Translations under genes and position numbers: made by a program
The notes under the pieces: model-generated
Told to the model about the DNA's origin: nothing
What the model saw: only the letters and a program-made list of their open reading frames with translations
Databases searched by the model: none
Assembly (NCBI GenBank): GCA_013239625.1
Contig: MU053379.1
Span: 5,084,714-5,148,713, forward strand
Length of the DNA stretch: 64,000 bases
Direction of reading: 5' to 3'
Source of the DNA: Lama guanicoe
Taxonomy: Eukaryota
Shown: positions 1 through 10,722 of the stretch, in pieces
How positions within the stretch are numbered: position 1 is the first letter of the stretch
Layout of the letters: the number at the start of each line of letters is the position of its first letter

Positions 1-522
1 GGATCTTTACTCGGAACATCGTGATTTGTCTTCAGGACATTTCGATCAGAATGAGGGCTCGATTTGGTGGCGTGCGCTCACCTTCTAGGGGCCCCAGGGG
101 CACTCTGACGCCTGGGTTTTCGGCACGTGGATGGTGAAATGCCCCTTTCCAGCCCCCATTTCTGTGTCATCCTTACCCCAGTCGGGCGAGGTATTTCGTG
201 GTGTCACCCCAGCAGGCGGATGGCTTTCACACGGAGTGCGTGGAGGCCGGGGAGCCTGCAGCCTGAGTGAGGGCGGTGTGTTGTGCCGGGCCAGCTTGGC
301 GGTGTTCTCCGTCGGACTCAGGCCCCTTCCCACACCCCCATGAGCTGGCCCGGCCCCAGGCATTCCCGAGAATAGGGCCTGCTGGTCACCCCAGAGTCGC
401 GGCCTGATGCCCCGCAGGCCAGCCCTGCACCTGCTTGACTCGGTAGCCAGGCCTGGGCCCCAGTGGCCTCCAGTCTGTTCAGTGTCTCTGATCCCAAGCA
501 GCTCTTTGTGCTGGGTTTGCAG

Positions 523-626
523 CCTGCTTCCTTGACTCGATGGCCACCTTGGGTCTGGCAGCGTACGGTTATGGGATCCGCTACGAGTTCGGGATTTTTA
601 ACCAGAAGGTCGTCAATGGCTGGCAG
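523..626 (+). CDS. PYGB: PYGB exon 4
   Basis: ag|...|gt, 104 nt; encodes (A)[34 protein letters not shown]. Confidence 0.96.
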
Positions 627-2954
627 GTGAGTGCGGCTTGGCTGCCTCGGCCACCTGCAGCCTCGTTTGCACAGAGGCCAACCTTCTGCCGTCTCCCTCA
701 CACTTGCGGGGGAAGACGTCCGAGGGGCCAGAGGCTGGGCTCTGCAAAGCTCTGAGGAAGGGTGAGCCTCTTCTGAGGCATCGGACAGCCAAGCAAAATG
801 GTCAAGGCCGTCTGGGCGGAAATGCAGCCCCACCCTCTCCACTGGGCGAGGTGCACGTCTCCCTCAGTTCGGCGTTTCAGAATGGAAGGACAGCTCTCCA
901 CGCAGCTGGAGAGTCGTTTGTTTAAACATGTGGAGTCCAGAAGCCAGAGAAAGCAGGGCCAGAGTTAGGATCAGAGTCTGTAAGAGGGAATTATCGCAGT
1001 CTGCGTGAAGCCCTCGACCTCAGCCGCGTTTGGGTCCTGCAGGTGTGCGCAGCCGTGCGAGCTCACCAGCGTTGTGCCTGAGCCCTGGGCACGCCACTGT
1101 GTGTATACTAACCTAAACATAAACGCATGGTGAGCACGTGCACGCTGCTTTGTCCTGGAGGGCCGTGCAGAAATCTGCAGCTTTGTGCCAAAAACTAACG
1201 GGTGGGTGGGCGGAGACGTGGTAAACCAGGCACACGGCCTAGGGTGCCGACTCGGCAGAGCCCAGGTGCCGCGGGTGGGGTGTCACCGCCAGTTTTCTGG
1301 CATTTCCGTGTGTTTGAAGGTGCTCGTGGTATGATGTCAGCCGAGAGAGGCCTGAGCAAAAGCAAAAAGAGACAAAATGCTTGTACCATCGCTGAACCTA
1401 CAGAAACGCTCCCTCCAGCCTTGAAGAGAGGAGAGCACTTTCCCTCCGGTGCCTCCCGGGTGACTTTGCTCGCGGTCGTGTGTGCGCCTCGGCTGCGCCC
1501 CAGCCTTGCACGTGGGGCTTGGCCCTTCCTGGCTCTTCTGCAGTGAGACAGCGGGTGTGTTTACGAGACAGACTGAGGTTCCTCCCGCCGGGGGGTGTTA
1601 GGTCACAGGGAGGAAGGTTTTGGTTTTCTGTCCGTCAGTCTGTTTGGCCACAGACACTTCTTTCTTCTGGTTCCTTATTCCTGTACCTCTCGCCATCCTG
1701 CTTAACAATTTAAAGGCAGTCCTCAGATGACAAGCGAGTGGTAAACTTGCCCCCGTCCCTCCCCGTTGTCCAGGGAGCCAGGCAGGCAGTGAGTGTGGCT
1801 GTAGCACATGGAAGCATGGTCCCTAAGCAGCCTTGGTGGCCAGACTGCCTGTCACGAGGGGTCTCTGGAGGGGACACCCCATGCTTCTTGGATCTGGGAA
1901 GTGCTGCTTCTGCAGGCAACTAACTCACTGGCCTGCTCTGGTGAGACAGCCAGGCTGGGATGCTGGTGTCTCATCGCATCCAGGGACAGGCCACCGGGAA
2001 GTCAGGTGGCAGGACAGTCCTGCTAGGAGCGCCCTGGAGCAGACCACGGTGAAGCAGCCACCATCCTAAGATGCTCGACGACCCAGCTGCTCTTTCTGGG
2101 GACCGGCCGTTAATTCACAGACCCCTCAAAATAACATATGTCATCAAATTGGAAGAAAAAAGACTTGATCTCATTTAAATTTTAGTTAATTTGGATTCAT
2201 AATTCTTCACTCACTGCCCAGACAAACTAATTTATTCCATCACTTGGAAGCAGAGAAAGTCCCCAGGGCGAAGGGAAGAGCAGCCCTACCAAACGCTGCT
2301 TCTCCAAGGCTGCTCGGGGCCGTGGGCTGCGTCTAACTTGTGGGAGTGGCTTTTCCGTATTTTCTGGTTTTAGGTGGCACTGGGTACAGTTTTGGGAAAA
2401 TACGCTGCCTGGAGGAAGGCGCAACAGAGGTGGTGCCTTCCGGTGGTGTCTGGGCACCTATGGGTCTGTAAAGCCATTTTCAAAGCAGTGGACTTCCAGT
2501 GGTTTTTCGTTTACAGCAGCCTTACTGAGATATCACGTGGTTTTTAATGTATTTAAAGAGCAGGGCAACCATCCTCACTGTATTTCCAAAACATTTTCGT
2601 CACCCAGCGAGGAGACCCTCCCATTCACACCCCGGCCCCAGTGCCGGGCAACACTGTGTCTGTGAGGTGGCTTCCTGGACACGTGTGGATGGTCACCCAG
2701 GATGTGGCCTGTCCGTGTGGCGTGTCTAGACTTGTTCACGCTGCGTCTCAGGACTTCTTCCTGTTTACTGCTAAGTTCAGGGCATCCTTAATGCCTTGCT
2801 ACTTCGATGTATTTTTCTGAATTTGATGAGTTTTCTTGTTGAATAGTCCTCGGTGTTCATTGTTAAACACTCAGTTGTGCTGTAAGTAGGCCGCGGTTTT
2901 TGTTTCCATGCTGGTCGGCGTCCCCAGGACCCACCTGCTGTGGGTCCCTTGCAG

Positions 2955-3086
2955 GTGGAGGAGGCCGACGACTGGCTGCGCTACGGCAACCCCTGGGAGA
3001 AGGCCCGGCCGGAATACACGCTCCCGGTGCACTTCTACGGGAGGGTGGAGCACGGCCCCGAGGGCGTGCGGTGGCTGGACACGCAG
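2955..3086 (+). CDS. PYGB: PYGB exon 5
   Basis: AG/GT, 132 nt; [21 protein letters not shown]...WLDTQ. Confidence 0.96.
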
Positions 3087-4580
3087 GTATCGCGGGGCGT
3101 GGTGGGGGCAGCGTGGCTGGGGTGGCGTGGCGGCGTGGCACCAGGCTGCAGACAGTGGGAGACGCTGACTGAGCTGCCCTTCACAGTGTAGTCAGTGTTG
3201 CGTTGGGTCGAGACCCGCAGTGGTATAACGACAGGCAGGATGGTCCTGCGCAGGGACAGGCACTGACACCTGGGTGTGACCGGCCCCTGGCTCTCAGTCA
3301 TGTCCCCCAGGGCAACTCACCAGTAATTCTGAGCTGTCGGAGCCCTGGGCATGTGGGGCCTTGGGTGGATGTCCTAGAATGGAGCGCCCCCACCCCATTG
3401 GGCCCTTTGGGGGAACCAGGGTAGGAGCACCGAGCACTTGGCAGAGGGGGTGTATTGGCTGCAGTGGGCACCGGTAAAGGGCGCATGTCTCGGGGCATAG
3501 AGCAGGCAAAGAGGCTTCACGGCAGGGTGGCCACGGTGAGGGAGGAACCTCTGTCGGCCCGTGGGGTGGGCAGCTGAGCGAAAATGGGGCGGGTCCATGA
3601 GGCCTGGGAAGTCATGGGCATGCAAGAGTGAGTCGTCCGGGTTCTCTGCAGCATAAGTGATCTGTCAGTCTGGCACCTGGGCCAGAGCGGCTGGTGGCCT
3701 TGGAGTGCCGTGATGAGCTGTGTTTGATTTGAAAAAGCAAGAGTGGTGTCTGGTTTTCCAGCTGAATCCACTCGTGGAAGAGGGGGTGTGGGGTGTATGA
3801 GGAGGCCCAGGCCGCCGGCATCCCACGCGGATAAGACGAGGGCCTCAGCCTGGAGGGCGGGCTTGCCCGGGCAGGGGTGGGGGCTGGGGGCAGTGGGTCG
3901 AGGAGAGGCGAGGAGGGAGGGTGACGCTGGGGCTTCACCTCGAGGCTGCGTCTCAGGGCCCTTTGTGGCTGTCAGGACCGCTTTAGCTCGTGGAGCTGCA
4001 TGGAAGCACCACCACAAGCTGGCCAGAATCCAAGGGTCCGAGGGCAGAAGTGACCCTGAGGCTTGTGCCCCTCTTCCTGAGCTTGGTGGGAGCAAGGCTG
4101 AGGCTCCTGGGCAGGTGGGATGGGGAGGGAGGGGGCGGCCTTCTTGGGGGGGAGCAGGTGCAGTGTGTTCTGTTGGGAGGGGCTGTGAGGCTGGCTGGGT
4201 TCTGCTGAGGGTTCGAGGTCAAGGCTTGTGGCAGGAGGGGATGTGGGACATGGGTCGAAACAAGTTGTCTGTGGGCAGGAGGTTGCTCAGGCAGTGCTGA
4301 GTGAGAAGACGGCAGGCGGGACCGGGCGCGTGGGAGGAGTGGCTGCTGGGGATGGAAGCAGGCAGAGCTCGACAAGGGAGGCTGACGGGGAGTGGAGTCA
4401 GGCTCACCCCCGGCTGCCTCATGTGCTCCTAGCTCGGGACGTGGGGCGGGTGGGCAGGCCAGCATTGCGCCGGGCAGGCTGGGCCTATTCTGAGCAGGAG
4501 CGGCCACGGAGGCAGAGGCAGCCTGCAGCTTCCAGAGGGCGGCAGGCGACCAGGCCTGCGGACCATGTCTTCGTCCGCAG

Positions 4581-4692
4581 GTGGTGCTGGCCATGCCCTA
4601 CGATACGCCGGTGCCCGGCTACAAGAGCGACACCGTCAACACCATGAGACTGTGGTCTGCCAAGGCACCCAATGACTTCAAGCTGCACGACT
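4581..4692 (+). CDS. PYGB: PYGB exon 6
   Basis: AG/GT, 112 nt; [37 protein letters not shown]. Confidence 0.96.
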
Positions 4693-4966
4693 GTGCGTCC
4701 CCTCCTGTCCCCATCTTGGGGGGGCCGACCCCAGACTCGTCGTGAGCTGCACTCACACACAGAGCCTGTGAGGGAGGGCTTCCCGGGGACCCCGTGCCCT
4801 CCAGAAAGAGCCAGGGGCCTTGCTGGGTGTGGGAGGGCAGCCCTGCAGCTCCAGGCGCCTCCTGCTCAGGAGTGCTTGTCCTTAGGCTGATGGGGAGAAA
4901 CCACAGCGCCAGGGCCGGAGGAGCCTTGGCCGGCGGGTTGGTCCTGACCCCCGTCTCTGCCCTCAG

Positions 4967-5049
4967 TCAACGTGGGTGGCTACATCGAGGCGGTCCTGGA
5001 CAGGAATCTGGCCGAGAACATCTCCAGAGTCCTGTATCCCAACGACAAC
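4967..5049 (+). CDS. PYGB: PYGB exon 7
   Basis: AG/GT, 83 nt; [27 protein letters not shown] (280s loop). Confidence 0.96.
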
Positions 5050-5881
5050 GTGAGTGGCTCCGTCCCTCCCACATGTCCGCTGAGGCCTGTGAGCAGGTCC
5101 AGAAGGCTGGGCACCGTGGCCTCTCCTCTGCCCTCTGCCCAGGAGAGCTCCTGGAGGTTTTTGGCCTTACACCTCCTTCCCTGTAAACACCGGCCACCCC
5201 GCACTCTGCAGGCTGCCCCGTGCGGGGCCGCGGAGCCATCAGACCCCTACCCAGCTGGTTTCTGCTCTTGTTCCCCTGAGGCCAGTTCCCTGAGAGTTGG
5301 GTGATGTGTGTCGGGTGGGGTCAGCGGTCCTCGTGTTGCAGTGATGCTTTGAGATGTGTGACGGTCACTGACAAGCTCTTAACGTGCGCCCTCCATGTGC
5401 GAGGGGAGGGCGTCCCAGCCACTCCTCCACTGCCACCAAACAAGCTGCCAGACGAGCCTTGGAGTCTGCCCGGCTCAGTGGGTCATGTGCTTTTTCATTT
5501 TGTCAGAGAAACATGTGCTCTCCGTAGCTGAGGGCACCGGGCTCCAAGGCTCACAGGAAGGTCACCCCGCCCCCAACTCGGGAGGGTCCAGCAGCTGCCC
5601 ACGCTTCCGGCGGGAGGCGTTCCGGAACGCCGCGCTTGGGAGAGGGCGTCCCGGCCCCGGCCCTTCCCTGTCCTTGTTCAGGGCACTGCGGCCCCTGCCG
5701 GCTGCCCCCACAGCCCCTCCCCGACTGCAGGTCACACACAGGCTGGGCCCTGGAGCCTCGGGTCCCCTGACCGTGCCCGGGCCCTGCTCTCTGTGCCGCT
5801 CGCGCCTCCACGCCCCCCGCTGGCCGGAGGCCCGCGCGGCCGGAGGCTGGGCCGCGGTGCCAGAGCTGTGCGTGTCTGCAG

Positions 5882-6025
5882 TTCTTCGAGGGCAAGGAGC
5901 TGCGGCTGAAGCAGGAGTACTTTGCCGTGGCCGCCACCCTCCAGGACATCGTCCGGCGCTTCAAGTCCTCCAAGTTCGGCTGCCGCGACCCCGTGAGGAC
6001 CTGTTTTGACACCTTCCCAGACAAG
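5882..6025 (+). CDS. PYGB: PYGB exon 8
   Basis: AG/GT, 144 nt; [14 protein letters not shown]...[18 protein letters not shown]; the two Cys in this loop are typical of the brain isoform. Confidence 0.96.
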
Positions 6026-6441
6026 GTGTGTTTGTCAACTGGTGAGCTCAGTGCCGAAGGGCTGTTCGCAGGTGGGGCTGCCTCCCCTCGGCGGTGGGAG
6101 GGCCAGGCAGAGCAGGCTGCGCTGGGCTCGTGGGCCTCGAGGCCGTCCGGGACGCCGGGAGAGGCCTCCTCGGGCACAGCAGAGGGATTTGCAGGCTCAG
6201 TTCAGCGACTTAAACAGTCTGCAAGTGTATCCCAGGTGGCGGCAGCGTTCCAGGCAGGGGGCCCCAGGTGCCTGCTGCCGAGCCGCCCCTGCTCCCCAAC
6301 CAGTCTCCACGCCGGCCCGGTGCCGGGCCGGGCTGTCTGCTTCCTGCTGTCGGCCCTGTGACCAGCTCCCCAGGGCGGGCGGCTGAGGACCCCACTTCTA
6401 CACATGCCAACCGTGGGCCCCCCACGGGCGTGTGAATGCAG

Positions 6442-6534
6442 GTGGCCATCCAGCTGAACGACACGCACCCAGCCCTTGCCATCCCCGAGCTCATGCGGAT
6501 CCTGGTGGATGTGGAGAGAGTGGACTGGGACAAG
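6442..6534 (+). CDS. PYGB: PYGB exon 9
   Basis: AG/GT, 93 nt; [31 protein letters not shown]. Confidence 0.96.
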
Positions 6535-7380
6535 GTGAGCACTGGGGACAAGTGTGCAGGGCAGTGTCCCGGGAGTGCTGTCCCCGCCCCCTCGGCCCCC
6601 CCGGGAGCTGCCCTTCAAGCCTGTCCCGACAGCACTCGTGGGTACTGAGCTCGTCCTGGGACGCGGGGGCCTTGGGAGCACAGAGGGACGTTATCCCTGG
6701 GAGACAGGGTCGTGGGAGCGGGTGTGGGGTTTCCCCCAAGGAACCAGGACACTGAGTGAGAGCAGAAGTGAAAGGCTACCGAAGAGTGACTTTCTGGACG
6801 CCAGGAAGAGGATGCTGGCACTTGCCAGAGCCTCTGCCTGCATTCTCTCATCTTGGAACTGGGGCAAGAACAGCCAGCAGGGTTAGGTTTGACGGAATGC
6901 GTGGCTCGCGTGTTCATAGGCTTGTTTCCCTAACTCAGTTTCCTTTGGTTCTGGGTTTTCTCGAGCTTGTTGAATTAAATCAACACGTGAAACTGCTTCA
7001 CCCAGTGTTTTTTGCACGCGGAGCCCTTTCTGGTCTCTGGTGTGGGGAGCACTTCCGGGCGGGCTGGCAGGTCCTGCTCGCTCCCGGCCTGCGGAGGGCG
7101 AGTGCCCTCAGCACTGAGCGTGGGGCCAGCTTGGTGGGAGTTAAAGCTGCCCAGCGCTGTGCCCGGTTCGCAGTGGCTCCCGGTAGCGGGGAGGCCGCGT
7201 CGCTGGGCCTGGACGTAAGGGGCACGTGGGTCGATATGGAAAGTGACGGGCTCGCTGTGGGTTCGGGAGGCTCCAGGCCGCAGAGAGCAGAGCGTGCGTC
7301 TGGACCCCGGCCTCTGCCCTGGCTCCTGGCAGAGAGCTGCTGTCTCCCAAAGGAAGCACTGGGTGTCCCGCATGTTCTAG

Positions 7381-7527
7381 GCCTGGGAGGTCACGAGGAA
7401 GACCTGCGCCTACACCAACCACACGGTGCTGCCCGAGGCCTTGGAGCGCTGGCCCGTGCCCATGTTTGAGAAGCTGCTGCCCCGGCACCTGGAGATCATC
7501 TACGCCCTCAACCAGCAGCACCTGGAC
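7381..7527 (+). CDS. PYGB: PYGB exon 10
   Basis: AG/GT, 147 nt; [25 protein letters not shown]...QHLD. Confidence 0.96.
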
Positions 7528-8179
7528 GTGAGTGCCGGTCCAGCCCCCCTGAGCTGACCGGGGCGCCGACAGGCCCCCCCGCCCTGGGCTTTACTTCCTG
7601 ACCTGAGTAGCCTCTGCAGCAGAGGCCTTTGGGCTGGGGGCGTCCCTTGGCAGAGCTGCTGGCCGGAGTACACTCGTCTTGGCCCCTGCCGTGTGTGTGG
7701 GAGTCGTGGGTTGAGGTCTTTCTAAAACGTTCCCATCTCCGGGCTGGGTTCAGATGTAAGTGTCTGAGCTCCTGGAATGCCAGAGGCGTTTGTCCTGAGA
7801 CGTCACAGCAGCATCTGGGTGATCTGGAACGAAGCACCGTTTGCCTTTTCCATTACTTCCAGAGAGGACGGTGGTCCAGGACCAGGGGAACTTAGCACTC
7901 AGGCGTGCTCACAGTCCATTTTTCTAACCTTCTGGATGACACAGTGGCAGTTCCCACTGGTCAGGATGTGGCTGCGCCCTGCCGGGCCAGCGGGGACCAC
8001 ACCCTCTGTTCCTGGACATCGCTCGGCATGTCCTGGGCATCCGGGCCTCCTGTCTCCTCCCACAGGGCAGCCCCGCCAGGTCTGCAGTCTGGACCCCTGC
8101 TGCCCTCGGGGTGGACGTGTGCTGGGGTCTGCCCGGGGTCTGGGCTGCAGCCACCCTGCTCTTGGCTGTGTCCCGGCAG

Positions 8180-8343
8180 CGTGTGGCCGCCCTGTTCCCC
8201 GGGGACGTGGACCGCCTGCGGAGGATGTCCGTGATCGAGGAGGGGGACTGCAAGCGCATCAACATGGCCCACCTATGTGTCATCGGGTCCCACGCTGTCA
8301 ACGGCGTGGCCAGGATCCACTCGGAGATTGTGAAGCAGTCGGT
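8180..8343 (+). CDS. PYGB: PYGB exon 11
   Basis: AG/GT, 164 nt; [17 protein letters not shown]...[17 protein letters not shown]. Confidence 0.96.
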
Positions 8344-9028
8344 GTGAGTGGCCCGCACTTCCCGCTGCCTCTGATCCCAGGCCGGCCATCCTCAGTGCAG
8401 TGGCCGAGGCCAGCGTCAGGGAGCCAAGCCCTCTTGTCACCAGGAGGTCCTCTGTCTGCATTCTCCGTCTGTCCAGGCGGAGGCTCCTGCCTGGGGACTA
8501 GTGTCCCGGCCAGGACGGGGCAGGTCAGGTGTGACGGGCTGGGGCTCGTCCGAGAGGAAGGAGGAGTTTGTAGCTCAGATTCTGTGCCTCCACCCTCCTT
8601 GGCGGGAGGGGATCTCGGCGCACCTCCCGTGAGCACCTGGCCGCCTCTACAGGTGTGTGTGCGGAGGCCACCCCGTGGTCCCGGTGCTGCCCTGGGGCCT
8701 CGCCTGGGGCCGTTTCGTCCCCACTGCAGACTTCTCTGCGGGGGGTGGTCCTCATCTTACAGGCAAGGATGCTGAGCCCTGGGCTCTCAGGCTCTAAGGC
8801 CTGCCCACTGCCCACTGCCGTGACCACGGGAGGTGGCCAGGCTCCAGCCCATCCAGCGCGGACGTGGGTGAAAGGCAGTGCCGCCTGCCCACCGGCTTCC
8901 TGGCGTGCAGAGGTGCCGCCTGCTCTGGCTGCCAGGAGGCCGGGCGGGCGGGCTGGGCCCCTTCGAAGGATCTGTACCTCTTGCTCAAATCAGCCTTTGT
9001 GGCAGTTACCTGTTTTCTGTGTTCTTAG

Positions 9029-9143
9029 CTTTAAGGATTTCTATGAGCTGGAGCCAGAGAAGTTCCAGAACAAGACAAACGGCATCACGCCCCGGCGCTG
9101 GCTGCTCCTGTGTAACCCGGGGCTGGCTGACACCATCGTGGAG
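9029..9143 (+). CDS. PYGB: PYGB exon 12
   Basis: AG/GT, 115 nt; [38 protein letters not shown]. Confidence 0.96.
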
Positions 9144-9961
9144 GTAAGATGGCACCTCCGAGCCCAGCGCCTGCAGGTGCCTTGCAGTTGGGACGCCCGG
9201 CGAGGGAGGGCTGGGCTGGGCAGTCGGTCAGCAGCCCCAGTAGCCGGTGCCAGAGCTGAGAGGTGAGGTCCTGGGCCCAGGCCGGCTGCCAACCGGAGGC
9301 CTTCGTGAGCCGGACACGTGGTCGCTACCGACTTGCTGACTTGCTCGCTCAGGAAGGCAGGTGCCGGGCCGCGGGCTGGACCTGGGCCTGCAGCTGGTGG
9401 CGGTGGGGGTGGGCCTGGGACGAGGGCTGCATGTCAGGGCGGGCTTCCCCAAGAGGGACGGACGGCAGAGCTGAGGTCTCAGAGCTGACGGGAGGCGGCT
9501 GGGAGCAGCGCTGCAGGGGCAGCGAGTCTCTGCTCCAGGGCCCTGTGCGGGGGACACGGCCCGCCCGGGACTGGCCAGCGCGGCCTCGGTGCCGGGCCAG
9601 GCTGCGGAGACGGCCCGGTGTCGGGAGGCCAGGAGTTTTCCTCTGGGTCGTAAATGAGCAACAGGGAGGTTGGGTGGGGCGTGCCGTGGGACGCTGGTCT
9701 GGAAGCAGCTCCCACTGGTGTGAAGGGGTGCTCAGGCCCGGCTGGGGTACGGGGGGTAGCTGAAAGGCCCCGTCCAGTCGGCTGGGGTGGTGCAAGCCTG
9801 GGGGTGCTTTGAGACGGCAGTCTCCTGCGTTTGCAGTGGACGCGTCCACCGTCGAGACTTGACCGGCCTCGCTGCGCAGTGCTCCCTGGGGGACTGGGGA
9901 AGGAGGGCAGAGCTGAGGGTGAAGGAGGTGTGAAACCACATGTCCCTTTACTGTTCTGCAG

Positions 9962-10063
9962 AGGATCGGGGAGGGTTTCCTGACCGACCTGAGCCAGCTG
10001 AGGAAGCTGCTGCCGCTGGCGGGCGATGAGGCCCTCATCAGGGACGTGGCCCAGGTCAAGCAG
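9962..10063 (+). CDS. PYGB: PYGB exon 13
   Basis: AG/GT, 102 nt; [34 protein letters not shown]. Confidence 0.95.
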
Positions 10064-10432
10064 GTGGGCAGTGTGGCCCGGCTGGGGCCACCCCGTCACC
10101 TCCCAGAGGGGCTGCTGGCCCCTGTGCAGAGCTCGTCCGGGGGAGCACACGGGGTCCACGCTGGTCCTGTTTCCGCACATGGATGCTGTAGGGGGCGGCC
10201 TCCCCTGCGGAGCATGCGGCCTGGCCTTGGGGCCGGAAGTGGCCCTTCGTGTGGCCTCTTCCCCCATCGGCCCGCCTCCATTCTCTGCTGGTCTGACCCT
10301 CAGCACCTCCCAGGTCTGCTTTCCTGTTTGTCTGGCGTTTGGGCAGGTCCACTTTCGGAACTACGCTTCCCCATGTCCCTCAGGGGCTCGGCCCCAGGAA
10401 CTGTCCCACCATCCTTCCCTCCGTTTTCCCAG

Positions 10433-10580
10433 GAGAACAAGGCGAAGTTCGCCGCCTTCCTAGAGCAGGAGTACAAGGTGAAGGTCAACCCCTCCTCCAT
10501 GTTCGACGTGCACGTCAAGAGGATCCACGAGTACAAGCGGCAGCTGCTGAACTGCCTGCACGTGGTCACTCTGTATAACC
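10433..10580 (+). CDS. PYGB: PYGB exon 14
   Basis: AG/GT, 148 nt; [11 protein letters not shown]...[25 protein letters not shown] (catalytic-site KRIHEYKRQ motif). Confidence 0.96.
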
Positions 10581-10722
10581 GTGAGTGTCCCCTCCACGTG
10601 GTCACCCTGTACGACTGTGTGTCACCCCCACGTGGTCACCCTGTACGACCGTGAGTGTCCCCCTCCATGTGGTCACTCTGTATGACTTGTGTCCCTCCAC
10701 ACGTGGTCACCCTGTACGACTG
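10559..10722. repeat. Minisatellite, about 4.7 copies of a 34-37 bp unit spanning the PYGB exon-14 donor
   Basis: Units start at 10559, 10595, 10629, 10666 and 10700; consensus CACGTGGTCACYCTGTAYRACYGTGWGTGTCCCCTC. Confidence 0.93.

Noticed and set aside
10559..10722. CRISPR-like appearance (about 35-bp periodic repeat)
   Set aside because: No unique spacers, head-to-tail units derived from exon and donor sequence, mammalian context, no cas genes.
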